The notes beneath the pieces are model-generated. The model saw only the letters and a program-made list of their open reading frames with translations. It had not been told where the DNA came from and made no database searches. From the NCBI RefSeq assembly GCF_003790525.1, contig NZ_CP033635.1: a stretch of 64,000 bases of DNA. One strand, 5' to 3'. The translations under genes and the position numbers were made by a program. Positions 30,962-41,754 of the stretch are shown in pieces (the stretch's first letter is position 1; every line of letters begins with the position of its first letter). This stretch comes from Escherichia coli. Lineage in GTDB: Bacteria > Pseudomonadota > Gammaproteobacteria > Enterobacterales > Enterobacteriaceae.

Positions 30962-31607
30962 GTCGAAAATGATTGTGCGCACCAAGTTTATTGATCGCGC
31001 CTGTCACTGGACCGTGGTGATTTGCTTCTTCCTGGTGGCGCTGTCCGGGATTTCGTTCTTCTTCCCGACGCTGCAATGGCTGACGCAAACCTTCGGTACG
31101 CCGCAGATGGGACGCATTTTGCACCCGTTCTTCGGCATTGCGATTTTCGTCGCGCTGATGTTTATGTTTGTGCGTTTTGTGCATCACAACATCCCGGATA
31201 AGAAAGATATTCCGTGGCTGTTGAACATTGTCGAAGTATTAAAAGGCAATGAGCACAAAGTGGCGGATGTTGGTAAGTACAACGCCGGGCAGAAGATGAT
31301 GTTCTGGTCGATCATGAGCATGATTTTCGTGCTGCTGGTGACCGGGGTGATTATCTGGCGTCCGTACTTTGCGCAGTACTTCCCGATGCAGGTTGTTCGC
31401 TACAGCCTGCTGATTCACGCGGCTGCGGGTATCATCCTGATCCACGCCATCCTGATCCATATGTATATGGCATTCTGGGTGAAAGGATCGATTAAAGGGA
31501 TGATCGAAGGGAAGGTGAGCCGTCGCTGGGCGAAGAAACACCATCCGCGCTGGTATCGTGAAATCGAGAAGGCAGAAGCGAAAAAAGAGAGTGAAGAAGG
31601 GATATAA
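30954..31607 (+). CDS. fdnI: Formate dehydrogenase-N gamma subunit (cytochrome b556)
   Basis: Start at ATG 30954 ([10 protein letters not shown]…) preceded by gaggaggag RBS; 217 aa; overlaps the fdnH stop by 8 bp. Confidence 0.9.
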
Positions 31608-31629
31608 TCTCTTTTGAACTTTAAGCTGA

Positions 31630-31660
31630 AAATGGCGCTTTAAGAAGCGCCATTTTTTTA
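31630..31660 (+). terminator. Rho-independent terminator after fdnI
   Basis: Stem aaatggcgctt-taag-aagcgccattt followed by ttttttta. Confidence 0.65.
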
Positions 31661-31942
31661 TTGCGTAACCAGACGGCGCAGTCGCGACACATCCACCGTT
31701 TTTTCAGCCTCTGCCAGGCTCCAGGCGTTTTGCAGATTCAGCCACATTTGCGGCGAACTGCCGATCACCACGGAAAGTTTAATTGCCATTTCTGGCGTCA
31801 AAGCTGCTTTTCCGGTCAGCAATCGGCTTGCCGTTGAGGGAGCAATTTCCATTGCTCTGGCAAACTCGCGCAGGCTGACATTAAGTTCGTCCAGTGATTC
31901 CTGAATAATGTCCCCCGGGCGGGGATGATTGGCCATTTTCAT
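31658..31942 (-). CDS. yddM: XRE-family HTH protein, HigA-like antitoxin homologue
   Basis: 94-aa product from the [13 protein letters not shown]… start, with an HTH (…[23 protein letters not shown]…); the ORF-track start at 32020 is an extension. Confidence 0.8.
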
Positions 31943-32087
31943 CAGTGTCTTTACTCTCAGTAGCGTTCCTTCACCAGGAGCACTATCATTATTGTTCCTT
32001 CCTACGCAACAATAATCCACTTAGCCATTTCATGTTGGAGAGTGTGCGATGCTGCGACCCGAACATGGCAGTCGCAGCAAAGGCCTC

Positions 32088-33098
32088 TTAGCGGCGGAAA
32101 TCAATCACCATACGGCCACGGATTTTGCCTTCTTCCATCTCAGTAAAGATTGTGTTGATGTCCGCTAACGGACGCAGGGCGACCTTCGGTACCACTTTGC
32201 CTTCGGCGGCAAACTGGAAGGCTTCAGTTAAATCCTGGCGCGTGCCGACCAGCGAACCGACCACTTCAATACCATCCAGCACAAGGCGTGGGATATCCAG
32301 GCTCATAGACTCCGGCGGCAGACCGACTGCCACAACACGCCCGCCTGCACGGACAGCATCAACTGCCGAGTTAAACGCAGCTTTAGCTACCGCTGTCACC
32401 ACCGCAGCGTGAGCGCCACCGGTTTTTTCCTGCACAATTTTGGCGGCGTCTTCGGTGCGTGAGTTAATCGCTAAATCAGCGCCCATTTCGGTTGCCAGTT
32501 TTAACTGCTCATCATTGACATCAATGGCGATCACTTTGGCGTTAAAGACATTCTTCGCGTATTGCAGGGCGAGGTTACCCAGACCGCCAAGACCGTAGAT
32601 AGCAATCCACTGCCCTGGACGAATTTTTGACAGCTTAACGGCTTTGTAGGTGGTGACCCCCGCACAGGTAATGCTGCTGGCCGCCGCCGAGTCCAGGCCA
32701 TCCGGCACTTTAACCGCGTAATCGGCGACCACGATGCATTCTTCAGCCATCCCGCCATCAACGCTGTATCCGGCATTTTTTACTGAACGGCAGAGCGTTT
32801 CGTTACCACTGTTACAGTATTCGCAATGACCGCATCCTTCATAGAACCACGCCACGCTGGCACGATCGCCTGGTTTTAATGAAGTGACACCTGGGCCAAC
32901 TTCTGCCACCACACCAATACCTTCGTGTCCCAGAATCACGCCGGTTTTGTCACCAAAATCGCCATTCTTAACATGAAGATCGGTATGACATACACCACAA
33001 CACTCCATTTTCAGCAGGGCTTCGCCATGTTTCAGTGAGCGCAGTGTTTTATCCGTAACGTCAACATGATGATCCTTCGTAACAACTGCAGCCTTCAT
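32088..33098 (-). CDS. adhP: Zn-dependent alcohol dehydrogenase, propanol-preferring
   Basis: 336-aa MDR-family ORF from MKAAVV… with the GHEGIG zinc motif; aggagg RBS upstream. Confidence 0.9.
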   Translation of the reverse strand: MKAAVVTKDHHVDVTDKTLRSLKHGEALLKMECCGVCHTDLHVKNGDFGDKTGVILGHEGIGVVAEVGPGVTSLKPGDRASVAWFYEGCGHCEYCNSGNETLCRSVKNAGYSVDGGMAEECIVVADYAVKVPDGLDSAAASSITCAGVTTYKAVKLSKIRPGQWIAIYGLGGLGNLALQYAKNVFNAKVIAIDVNDEQLKLATEMGADLAINSRTEDAAKIVQEKTGGAHAAVVTAVAKAAFNSAVDAVRAGGRVVAVGLPPESMSLDIPRLVLDGIEVVGSLVGTRQDLTEAFQFAAEGKVVPKVALRPLADINTIFTEMEEGKIRGRMVIDFRR

Positions 33099-33182
33099 AG
33101 TTCCTCCTTTTCGGATGATGTTCTGCATAGCAGGTGAGGCAAATGAGATTTATTCGCCACTACCCAGTATGGATGAGATCTG

Positions 33183-33224
33183 AAAAAGGGAGAGGGAAAT
33201 TGCCCGGTAGCCTTCACTACCGGG
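33183..33224 (-). terminator. Rho-independent terminator after maeA
   Basis: Stem gcccggtag-ccttcac-taccgggc followed on the minus strand by a T-run. Confidence 0.5.
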
Positions 33225-33231
33225 CGCAGGC

Positions 33232-34929
33232 TTAGATGGAGGTACGGCGGTAGTCGCGGTATTCGGCTTGCCAGAAATTATCATCAATGGCCTGTTGCAG
33301 AGCTTCGGCGGAGGTTTTCACCGCCACGCCTTGCTGCTGCGCCATTTTGCCAACCGCAAACGCAATTGCGCGGGAGACTTTCTGTATATCTTTCAGTTCC
33401 GGTAGTACCAGACCTTCGCCGTTCAGGACCAGCGGCGAATACTGAGCAAGCGTTTCACTTGCCGACATCAGCATTTCATCGGTGATACGTGACGCGCCGG
33501 AAGCAATAACACCCAGCCCGATGCCCGGGAAAATAAAGGCGTTATTACACTGGGCGATAGGGTAGATTTTATCTTTCCATACCACTGGATTAAATGGACT
33601 GCCAGTGGCGACCAGCGCGTTACCTTCAGTCCAGGCGATAATGTCCTGCGGTGTTGCTTCGACGCGTGAAGTCGGGTTAGACAGCGGCATCACGATCGGA
33701 CGCGGACAGTGTTTATGCATCTCACGGATGATCTCTTCCGTAAACAGCCCGGTCTGTCCTGAGACGCCAATCAGAATATCTGGTTTTACATTGCGCACCA
33801 CATCCAGCAGTGACAGCACATCGCTGTCGGTATCCCAGTCACTGAGGTTTTCGCGTTTCTGCACCAGTTTGGTCTGGAAAGGCAGCAGGTTCGGCATCTT
33901 GTCGGTCAGCAGGCCAAAGCGATCGACCATAAAGACTTTCTGCCGCGCCGTTTCCTCGCTTAATCCTTCACGCTGAGTCTGGGCAATGATCATTTCGGCA
34001 ATCCCGCACCCCGCAGAGCCTGCGCCGAGGAAGACAATCTTTTTCTCGCTCAGTTGACCACCCGCCGCGCGGCTGGCTGCGATCAGTGTGCCGACCGTTA
34101 CCGCCGCGGTGCCCTGAATGTCATCGTTAAAAGAACAAATTTCATTGCGATAGCGGTTAAGTAACGGCATCGCATTTTTTTGTGCGAAGTCTTCAAACTG
34201 CAACAGTACGTCCGGCCAGCGTTGTTTCACAGCCTGGATAAATTCATCAACGAATTCATAGTATTCGTCGTCAGTGATACGCGGATTACGCCAGCCCATA
34301 TACAGCGGATCGTTAAGCAGCTGTTGGTTGTTCGTCCCGACATCCAGCACCACCGGAAGGGTATACGCCGGGCTGATGCCGCCACAGGCGGTATAGAGTG
34401 ACAGTTTACCGATCGGAATGCCCATCCCTCCGATGCCCTGGTCACCAAGCCCCAGAATACGTTCGCCGTCAGTCACCACAATCACTTTGATATTATGGTT
34501 TGGTACGTTTTGCAGAATATCGTCCATATTGTGGCGGTTCTGGTAAGAGATAAACACACCGCGTGAACGGCGGTAGATCTCAGAAAAACGCTCACAGGCT
34601 GCGCCGACGGTTGGGGTGTAAATGACTGGCATCATCTCATCAAGATGATTGTTTACCAGACGGTAGAAGAGGGTTTCGTTAGTGTCCTGGATGTTACGCA
34701 GGTAGATGTGTTTGTCGATTTCGGTTTTGAATCCCTGATACTGGATCCATGCTCGTTCCGCTTGTTCTTCGATGGTTTCGACCACTTCCGGCAGTAACCC
34801 CAGCAGGTTGAAGTTACGGCGTTCTTCCATGCTGAAGGCGCTGCCTTTATTCAACAACGGAAATTCCAGCAATACAGGGCCAGCGTAAGGGATATAAAGC
34901 GAACGCTGTTTTTTTGTTTTTGGTTCCAT
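33232..34929 (-). CDS. maeA: NAD-dependent malic enzyme
   Basis: 565-aa ORF from [18 protein letters not shown]…; malic enzyme Rossmann motifs (GAGSAG). Confidence 0.92.
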   Translation of the reverse strand: MEPKTKKQRSLYIPYAGPVLLEFPLLNKGSAFSMEERRNFNLLGLLPEVVETIEEQAERAWIQYQGFKTEIDKHIYLRNIQDTNETLFYRLVNNHLDEMMPVIYTPTVGAACERFSEIYRRSRGVFISYQNRHNMDDILQNVPNHNIKVIVVTDGERILGLGDQGIGGMGIPIGKLSLYTACGGISPAYTLPVVLDVGTNNQQLLNDPLYMGWRNPRITDDEYYEFVDEFIQAVKQRWPDVLLQFEDFAQKNAMPLLNRYRNEICSFNDDIQGTAAVTVGTLIAASRAAGGQLSEKKIVFLGAGSAGCGIAEMIIAQTQREGLSEETARQKVFMVDRFGLLTDKMPNLLPFQTKLVQKRENLSDWDTDSDVLSLLDVVRNVKPDILIGVSGQTGLFTEEIIREMHKHCPRPIVMPLSNPTSRVEATPQDIIAWTEGNALVATGSPFNPVVWKDKIYPIAQCNNAFIFPGIGLGVIASGASRITDEMLMSASETLAQYSPLVLNGEGLVLPELKDIQKVSRAIAFAVGKMAQQQGVAVKTSAEALQQAIDDNFWQAEYRDYRRTSI

Positions 34930-35029
34930 GTCACTCACTCTTTTTTGAATATCCATCCCTGGCACGCTTTTATCGTCTTTGCTTTACCGCCAGGGCGTCG
35001 GCCCCAAGTATAAAGCAGATAAAAACAAA

Positions 35030-35055
35030 AACACCATTGCGCAGGCAATGGTGTT
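35030..35055 (-). terminator. Rho-independent terminator after sra
   Basis: Stem aacaccattgc-gcag-gcaatggtgtt followed on the minus strand by tttttgttttt. Confidence 0.55.
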
Positions 35056-35085
35056 TAATCGTCATTGAGGACTGATGGTTATGAA

Positions 35086-35223
35086 TTACTTTTCAGCGGG
35101 GCGTTTTCTGCCGGTTGGGTTATTTACCACGCTGGATTTGTCACCTTCAGTAACTATTTTGCGCTGGTTAGATATTTTATGGTCCAGTCCAAGAATATGA
35201 CGTGCCTGACGGTTCGATTTCAT
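35086..35223 (-). CDS. sra: Stationary-phase-induced ribosome-associated protein (45 aa)
   Basis: Manual minus-strand translation gives [45 protein letters not shown]; it is below the ORF-track size cutoff. Confidence 0.85.
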
Positions 35224-35324
35224 TTTAACTCCTCAATCCTGTTGCTAGTTTTAAGGACAACATCGCCGTAGCGAAGAAACACGTGCTAAACCCCTAAATT
35301 AGGTTGCCGATCAAGCATAGCACC

Positions 35325-35540
35325 TTAAAGTGTAGGGTGCTGGCCACTGACCACATAATTGATCGTTTGCTGGTAGATATCACTGAGGATGTCGTTATCA
35401 GAAGCTTCCACCCATTTGGTCAGCTCCATGAGAATGTCATCTTCAGTGACAACACCGTGCTCTGCCCGAAGGCCTTGCTCAATGGCATTAACCAGAGCGG
35501 GTTCTGCTGTTGAATTTTCTGCCTGATAATAAGTAAACAT
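35325..35540 (-). CDS. bdm: Biofilm-dependent modulation protein
   Basis: 71-aa product MFTYYQAENSTAEPALVNAIEQ… from the internal ATG at 35538-35540. Confidence 0.85.
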   Translation of the reverse strand: MFTYYQAENSTAEPALVNAIEQGLRAEHGVVTEDDILMELTKWVEASDNDILSDIYQQTINYVVSGQHPTL

Positions 35541-35884
35541 AGTGATTCTCCGTGTCTGTGTATTTATGGTGTCTGCTACGGATCGCAGATTTATAAAGCA
35601 CATTCAGCATGGCAAATATTTGCCGCTTCGTTGTTAAGATTAGTCCTGGTTGATAATTTTTATATTTTAACCCCATGATATTGATAGGTATTATTATTGT
35701 GGTGAGTTGAATGATATTGATGCAATATCTCTTGATATATATATTCCCGGTAATCTATTGTGGGAATTTAATTTAAGTGCAGAAGTAATATTTTCGCCGG
35801 ATTTTATTCGGAATAACCTGCTTATCCTCGTGCGGTTTCTCACGTAGTCTATAATTTCCTTTTTAAGCCCACAGGAGAGCAACA

Positions 35885-36316
35885 ATGACAATCCATAAGA
35901 AAGGTCAGGCACACTGGGAAGGCGATATCAAACGCGGGAAGGGAACTGTATCCACCGAGAGCGGCGTGCTGAACCAACAGCCGTATGGATTTAACACGCG
36001 TTTTGAAGGCGAAAAAGGAACCAACCCTGAAGAACTGATTGGCGCAGCGCATGCCGCATGTTTCTCAATGGCGCTTTCATTAATGCTGGGGGAAGCGGGA
36101 TTCACGCCAACATCGATTGATACCACCGCCGATGTGTCGCTGGATAAAGTGGATGCCGGTTTTGCGATTACTAAAATCGCACTGAAAAGCGAAGTTGCGG
36201 TGCCGGGTATTGATGCCTCTACTTTTGACGGCATTATCCAGAAAGCAAAAGCAGGATGCCCGGTTTCTCAGGTACTGAAAGCTGAAATTACGCTTGATTA
36301 CCAGTTGAAATCATAA
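35885..36316 (+). CDS. osmC: Osmotically inducible peroxiredoxin OsmC
   Basis: 143-aa OsmC/Ohr-family ORF with the two conserved cysteines (…AACFSMAL…, …AGCPVSQ…). Confidence 0.92.
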   Translation: MTIHKKGQAHWEGDIKRGKGTVSTESGVLNQQPYGFNTRFEGEKGTNPEELIGAAHAACFSMALSLMLGEAGFTPTSIDTTADVSLDKVDAGFAITKIALKSEVAVPGIDASTFDGIIQKAKAGCPVSQVLKAEITLDYQLKS

Positions 36317-36330
36317 AGCGTTGCCGTATG

Positions 36331-36360
36331 ACGCGTCAGGCGCGTGATTGCCTGATGCGT
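36331..36360. repeat. REP-like palindrome between osmC and ddpF (probable terminator)
   Basis: Near-perfect inverted repeat acgcgtcaggc…gcctgatgcgt. Confidence 0.4.
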
Positions 36361-36371
36361 TGTTAGCGTCT

Positions 36372-37298
36372 CTACAGCGCCCGCCAGCACCGGATCTCAC
36401 GTCCGTCCTCCCTTATTGTTAATGATTGCCGGACTTCACACCCGTGGGTTGCCAGAGGGCAACGTTCGCAGAAAAAACAGCCTTGTGGCAACGTGCGGTT
36501 TCCTGGTAGATCCGTTTTACGTAATGCCCATTCTTCCTCCAGCGGTTTATCAATGGCGGGGAGGGAATCCAGCAATAATCGGGTGTATGGATGTGCCGGA
36601 GCTGTCAGCACCTGTTGCGCGTCTCCTAATTCCACAATCTGTCCGAGATACATCACCGCCACCCGATCGCTCATATGACGTATCACGGAGACATTGTGTG
36701 AAATCAGCACATAAGTCAGCTCGCGATTTTCCTGTAGCGTTACCAGTAAATTGAGGATCTGCGCCTGCACGGAGATATCCAGCGCCGAGGTTGGTTCATC
36801 AAGCACAATCACGTCAGGCTGCGAAGAGAGTGCTCTGGCAATGGCGATACGTTGCCGCTGCCCGCCTGAGAACGCATGAGGCAAGCGATCGAGATACTCC
36901 GGACGAATACCCACCTGCACAGCCAGCTCCTCTGCCAACGCTCGCCGCTGTTGTTCACTACTACGCTTAGCAATCCAGAGCGGTTCCGTGATGATGCGCC
37001 ACACCGGTAAGCGCGGATTAAGCGAAGAGAGCGGGTCCTGAAACACCATCTGCATAATGCGTTGTGATCCTGAACGGATGTACTGCCCGTGGCTCGGTTG
37101 CAGCATACCCATTAAAAGCTGTGCGAGGGTGCTTTTGCCGCAGCCTGACTCACCGACGATCCCTAAGGTTTCACCACGACGGATCTGTAAATCAATACCA
37201 TTGATGGCATGAACATGTTCCGTAGTTTTACCAAGCCAGTTTTTTCGGGCAGGGAAATTGATATGGACGTCGCGTAACGTTAATAACGTATCAGACAC
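36372..37298 (-). CDS. ddpF: D,D-dipeptide ABC transporter ATP-binding protein
   Basis: ABC ATPase with Walker A (GESGCGKST); start tentatively at GTG 37296-37298 (VSDTLLTL…), directly after the ddpD stop. The ORF-track start at 37352 is the alternative. Confidence 0.8.
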   Translation of the reverse strand: MSDTLLTLRDVHINFPARKNWLGKTTEHVHAINGIDLQIRRGETLGIVGESGCGKSTLAQLLMGMLQPSHGQYIRSGSQRIMQMVFQDPLSSLNPRLPVWRIITEPLWIAKRSSEQQRRALAEELAVQVGIRPEYLDRLPHAFSGGQRQRIAIARALSSQPDVIVLDEPTSALDISVQAQILNLLVTLQENRELTYVLISHNVSVIRHMSDRVAVMYLGQIVELGDAQQVLTAPAHPYTRLLLDSLPAIDKPLEEEWALRKTDLPGNRTLPQGCFFCERCPLATHGCEVRQSLTIREDGREIRCWRAL

Positions 37299-38277
37299 TA
37301 ATGACCTCCTGCTGCGGATACCAACAGGCGCAGCGGTGGTTGTTGTCACCACACGCTGTCAGCGCCGGGACGTTTTCACACTGTGTACCTGCCGCATAGC
37401 AACGATCGCGAAAAGCGCAGCCGTCAGGCAAATGGGTGAGGTTTGGTACCGTCCCCGGAATAGCGGGTAATGGCTGGCGCGGTATTCCATGTTCCGGTGC
37501 GCATTGCAGCAAACCAATGGTATACGGATGCCGGGGATGATGGATAACGTCTGCCGTCACGCCGCTCTCAATCACGCTTCCGGCATACATCACGTAAACG
37601 CTATCGCACAGTTGCGACACCACGGCCATATCATGGCTGATGAACAGTACCGCAGTTCCACTGGCGCGGGCTTTATGTTTAAGCAGACGCAGTACCTGCA
37701 ACTGTACCGTGACGTCCAGCGCCGTAGTCGGTTCGTCGGCAATAATCAATTGCGGCTCGCAGGAGAATGCCAGCGCAATCATTACCCGCTGGCGCATACC
37801 ACCTGAAAGCTCAAACGGATAGCGCGACATAACTTCCACGGCATCCGGGATTTGCATCTCTTCCAGCAGGGCAATCGCTTTAGCTCTGGCTTCCCGACGA
37901 CTTATTGGTTGATGATGGCGGATCACGTCCATCATCTGAAGACCTATTCGACGTGTCGGATTGAGGGCGGTCATCGGTTCCTGAAAGATCATCGCCACTC
38001 GTGCGCCGCGCCACTGACGAAGCTGCTTTTCCCGAGCGTTAAGAACATCTTCTCCCAGCAGTGAAATATGTCCCCGATGTACGCAATAACTGCCCGTCGG
38101 TAGCAGACGCATAATCAACATTGCAGTGACTGATTTACCCGAGCCGGATTCTCCCACCAGACCGACAATTTCACCGCGGTTGATTTTCAATGACACATTG
38201 TTGAGCGCGTGAACGTCGCCGTTAAAACCGGGGAAACTCAAATGCAGTTGTTGAATGTCCAGAACGGGTTGAGTCAT
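37291..38277 (-). CDS. ddpD: D,D-dipeptide ABC transporter ATP-binding protein
   Basis: 328-aa ABC ATPase (GESGSGKS Walker A); overlaps ddpC by 4 bp. Confidence 0.9.
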   Translation of the reverse strand: MTQPVLDIQQLHLSFPGFNGDVHALNNVSLKINRGEIVGLVGESGSGKSVTAMLIMRLLPTGSYCVHRGHISLLGEDVLNAREKQLRQWRGARVAMIFQEPMTALNPTRRIGLQMMDVIRHHQPISRREARAKAIALLEEMQIPDAVEVMSRYPFELSGGMRQRVMIALAFSCEPQLIIADEPTTALDVTVQLQVLRLLKHKARASGTAVLFISHDMAVVSQLCDSVYVMYAGSVIESGVTADVIHHPRHPYTIGLLQCAPEHGIPRQPLPAIPGTVPNLTHLPDGCAFRDRCYAAGTQCENVPALTACGDNNHRCACWYPQQEVISV

Positions 38278-39170
38278 GACTGCTTTCCTCCTGCTTTCGG
38301 GTCAAGCAGATCGCGAATACCATCGCCAAAGAGATTAAACCCGACGGCGGTAAGCAAAATCGCTGCCCCCGGAAATGCGCAATACCACCATTGATCGAGC
38401 ACATAGTTGCGACCATTCGCCACCATCGCCCCCCATTCAGCACTCGGTTGTTGAGCACCAAGGCCAATAAATCCCAACGTGGCGGCCATTAAAATCGCGC
38501 TACCGATATCCAGCGATGCCTGCACAATCAGCGGCGGCAGGGAGTTACGTAAAATATGCCAGTTGATCAGATGCCAACGCGACGCACCAAAGGTTTTCGC
38601 CGCCTGAACATAGGTATACTGGCGAACAACTAATGTTTGCCCCCGCGCCAGGCGCACATAAAAGGGAATTCGTACAATAGCAATCGCCAGCATGGCGTTA
38701 AACAAACTCGGCCCGAGAGCGGCTGCCAGTGCCATTGTCAGTACCAGCGAAGGAATCGACAGCATAATGTCCATGATGCGCATGATAATCGCGTCTGCGC
38801 GTCCGCCAAGCACACCGGATAGACACCCGAGTAGCGACCCCATCATACCTGCAATGGCGACCACCACTAATCCGGCGAGAATTGATTGCTGACTGCCGAC
38901 CAGTACGCGGCTGAACAGATCGCGTCCCACTTCATCGGTGCCAAACCAGTGCGCCGCAGAAGGCGGCAAAAGGCGGGCGGTTAAATCAATGGCGTTGGGA
39001 TCATGCGTCGCCAGCCACGGTGAAAAAATCATCATCAATAGCATTAATACAATGATGACTGCGCCGGTCACGGTGAGCGGGCTGCCTTTCAGCATCCATA
39101 CCAGTTTTGCACCGTTAAATCGCGTTTGTTTTGGTGGGCGCACGGCTGACGTTTCCTCGCTTAGCATCAT
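38274..39170 (-). CDS. ddpC: D,D-dipeptide ABC transporter permease
   Basis: 298-aa multi-TM permease; overlaps ddpB by 4 bp. Confidence 0.9.
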   Translation of the reverse strand: MMLSEETSAVRPPKQTRFNGAKLVWMLKGSPLTVTGAVIIVLMLLMMIFSPWLATHDPNAIDLTARLLPPSAAHWFGTDEVGRDLFSRVLVGSQQSILAGLVVVAIAGMMGSLLGCLSGVLGGRADAIIMRIMDIMLSIPSLVLTMALAAALGPSLFNAMLAIAIVRIPFYVRLARGQTLVVRQYTYVQAAKTFGASRWHLINWHILRNSLPPLIVQASLDIGSAILMAATLGFIGLGAQQPSAEWGAMVANGRNYVLDQWWYCAFPGAAILLTAVGFNLFGDGIRDLLDPKAGGKQS

Positions 39171-40189
39171 TCACCACCTCCACGTCCGATACGCGGATCA
39201 ATCCACAAATAGAGCAAATCCACCACCAGGTTCACCAGCACATAAGCAAACGAAACCACGACGGCAAAGCCCATCACTGCCGGGAAGTCGAGCGCCTGTA
39301 TTGATGTTACTACCCATGCACCCATTCCGGGCCAGGCAAAAACGGTTTCGGTGAGCACTGCGCCATACAACAAATCGCCCAGTGCCAGTCCCAATACGGT
39401 AATCGAGGGGATCAACGCATTGGGTAGCGCATAACATAAAACGATATACCAGCCGGGCAAGCCGCTGGCCCGGGCGGTACGAATGTAGTCTTCACTCAAT
39501 TGTTCCAGCATCGCTGAGCGGATCTGGCGGGCGACAATCCCCAGGTGAACGAACGCCAGCGTTAATGCCGGTAAGATAAGATGTTGCAACGCATTGAAGA
39601 AGACCTCACCGTTGCCTTCAAGCAGCGCATCGAGCAGATAAAAGCCGGTAACGTGCGTTGGTGGATCCAGCCAGTCATCAAGCCTTCCGCCGCCGGGAAG
39701 AATTTGCAGATGTCCATAAAACAGCACAATGACGCCCAGCCCAAGCCAGAACGCAGGTGTGGAGATTCCGGTAATGGCCATTATTCGCACCAGATGATCC
39801 AGCCAGCGATTTCGCCAGACTGCAGAGAGTATGCCCAGCGGGATGCCAATCAGAAGTGCCAGCAGCAGGGCACAAAAAGCCAGTTCCAGCGTCGCCGGGA
39901 AAAATATACGCAACTCTTCCAGCACCGGACGCCCGGTACGAATGGATGTTCCCAGATCACCCTGAAACAGATCGCTGACGTAGCGGTAAAACTGTACGTA
40001 CAGTGGCTGGTCCAGCCCCAGTTGCTGGCGAATATTTTCCACGATGGCATCGCTGGCGCGGTCGCCAGCCAGCAACCGCGCCGGATCGCCGGGGATAAGA
40101 TGCGAGATAATAAACGTAATTACGCAGACGCCCGCCACCACGAGCACCAGCCCCCAGCAGCGTTGGCGTAAAATGCTCCAGAAGGTCAC
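39167..40189 (-). CDS. ddpB: D,D-dipeptide ABC transporter permease
   Basis: 340-aa DppB-like permease. Confidence 0.9.
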   Translation of the reverse strand: MTFWSILRQRCWGLVLVVAGVCVITFIISHLIPGDPARLLAGDRASDAIVENIRQQLGLDQPLYVQFYRYVSDLFQGDLGTSIRTGRPVLEELRIFFPATLELAFCALLLALLIGIPLGILSAVWRNRWLDHLVRIMAITGISTPAFWLGLGVIVLFYGHLQILPGGGRLDDWLDPPTHVTGFYLLDALLEGNGEVFFNALQHLILPALTLAFVHLGIVARQIRSAMLEQLSEDYIRTARASGLPGWYIVLCYALPNALIPSITVLGLALGDLLYGAVLTETVFAWPGMGAWVVTSIQALDFPAVMGFAVVVSFAYVLVNLVVDLLYLWIDPRIGRGGGE

Positions 40190-40190
40190 G

Positions 40191-41741
40191 TTATTTACTC
40201 ATGGTATTGATATTGAAGACCTGTTCCAGCATGGGATTGAACACAAAGCCTTTCACCTCTTTGTTCATCGCCAGTTGGTAGTTTTTCTGGAACAGATACA
40301 CATAAGCAGCGTCATCAATGACGATTTTCTGTGCCTGCTGGTAGTCCCGGGTACGCTGCGTCTGGTCGGTGGTCGCTAGCGCATTGCGCAGTAACTTATC
40401 GACCTCACTGTTTTCATAGAACGAGCGGTTACCCGGCAGACCTTTTTTGTCGGACTCAAACCAGTAATTCATAAACATATACGGGTCGGCAAAATCCGGA
40501 CTCCAGTTGCCAATCGCGATGTCGTAATCACCTTTACCCACTCTGTCGCGCATGGTGGCGTTCGCCAGCTTTTCCAGCTTCACATTGATGCCCAGCTTGT
40601 TGAGACTGGATTGTGTCGCCAGAGCAATAGGCTCCCAGTTCGGATCATTATCAGAATAGAGAAACGTCAGGCTGGTGGGTTTGCTCGTCACTTTATCCCA
40701 TTCGGCTTTGGCTTTCGTTTCGTCATGGTTGTATTGCATTGCCGTCGCATCGTATCCCCACATGCCTTCCGGAATCGGGCCGCGCATTTGTTTTCCGTTA
40801 CCACTCAGAATGCCGTTAACCATACCCTGATAATCGGTAGACCAGGAAATGGCCCGACGCAGATCCGCCTGATTAAGTGGCGCTTTGCTGTTATTCAGAT
40901 ACAGATAGGTGACGCGCAGTGACGGATACTCTGCCACATTGACTTTGTTTTCCTGCTTCAGTGCGTTGAGTTGATCCACCGGCAGCGCATCGGCAATGTC
41001 AATGTCGCCACGGGAGAGCTGCAGGCGACGGGAAGCACTTTCACCGATAATTTTTACCGATACCCGTTTGAAATTCGGTTTATTGCCGGGGTAATGCGGA
41101 TTTGGCACCAGAACTAATTGCTGACCTTTTTGCCAGCTTTTCAGCATAAACGGTCCGGAGCCAGCGGTATTTTGCGCGAGGAAACCACGGGCATCATCCG
41201 CCGCATGCTCCTTTAAGACCGCCGGATTGATAATGGATGCACCGTCATTCGCCAGCGTGTAGAGGAACGGTGCGAATGGCTGGCTAAGGGTAAACCTCAC
41301 TGTATGTTCGTCGGGAGCATCAATCTTTAAATCTTTGGGAAATGCTTCTGCTGGCCCCTGGCCGATTTTTAGTAACCGCTCAAAAGAGAGTTTTACTGCT
41401 TCGGCAGTGACAGGTGTGCCATCGGCAAATTTAGCGTCGTTTTTCAGGGTGAACGTCCACTCTTTTTGATCGTCAGACGCTTTCCAGCTACTTGCCAGAT
41501 CGCCTTCAACGTCGGTTGAGCCTTTATCACCGTCCGTTTTGTACTGAACCAGTCGCTGATAAGACGGGTAGGTCACTGTCCAGTCGTTATTATCAATTGT
41601 CACCGCTGGGTCGAGGGTTTGTGGGTCGGCAGCTTTACCGATCACCAGCATATCTTTCGGTACGGCGGCGTGCGCAACCGGCATTGTTGTGGCAAGGACG
41701 ATCGCGAGCAATGTAGGACGAAACAAAATCGATCTCTTCAT
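40191..41741 (-). CDS. ddpA: D,D-dipeptide periplasmic substrate-binding protein
   Basis: Family-5 SBP; start set to MKRSILFRPTLLAIVLA… (signal peptide), 516 aa. Confidence 0.9.
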   Translation of the reverse strand: MKRSILFRPTLLAIVLATTMPVAHAAVPKDMLVIGKAADPQTLDPAVTIDNNDWTVTYPSYQRLVQYKTDGDKGSTDVEGDLASSWKASDDQKEWTFTLKNDAKFADGTPVTAEAVKLSFERLLKIGQGPAEAFPKDLKIDAPDEHTVRFTLSQPFAPFLYTLANDGASIINPAVLKEHAADDARGFLAQNTAGSGPFMLKSWQKGQQLVLVPNPHYPGNKPNFKRVSVKIIGESASRRLQLSRGDIDIADALPVDQLNALKQENKVNVAEYPSLRVTYLYLNNSKAPLNQADLRRAISWSTDYQGMVNGILSGNGKQMRGPIPEGMWGYDATAMQYNHDETKAKAEWDKVTSKPTSLTFLYSDNDPNWEPIALATQSSLNKLGINVKLEKLANATMRDRVGKGDYDIAIGNWSPDFADPYMFMNYWFESDKKGLPGNRSFYENSEVDKLLRNALATTDQTQRTRDYQQAQKIVIDDAAYVYLFQKNYQLAMNKEVKGFVFNPMLEQVFNINTMSK

Positions 41742-41754
41742 GACAGTTTCCTGA

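Noticed and set aside
27191-30985. Long minus-strand ORFs (389, 435 and 314 aa) lying antisense to fdnG and fdnH
   Set aside because: They sit entirely inside strongly supported formate-dehydrogenase genes, have Arg/Ala/Val-rich low-complexity translations typical of antisense frames of GC-rich genes, and have no recognisable domains. Treated as shadow ORFs.
39581-40171. 196-aa plus-strand ORF antisense to ddpB; similar ORFs antisense to narV/narW (13687-14238), narY (15014-15571), narZ (18155-18622, 19619-20113) and gadB (50595-51086)
   Set aside because: All overlap well-supported conserved genes on the other strand and show no start-site context or domain signatures. Treated as frame artefacts.
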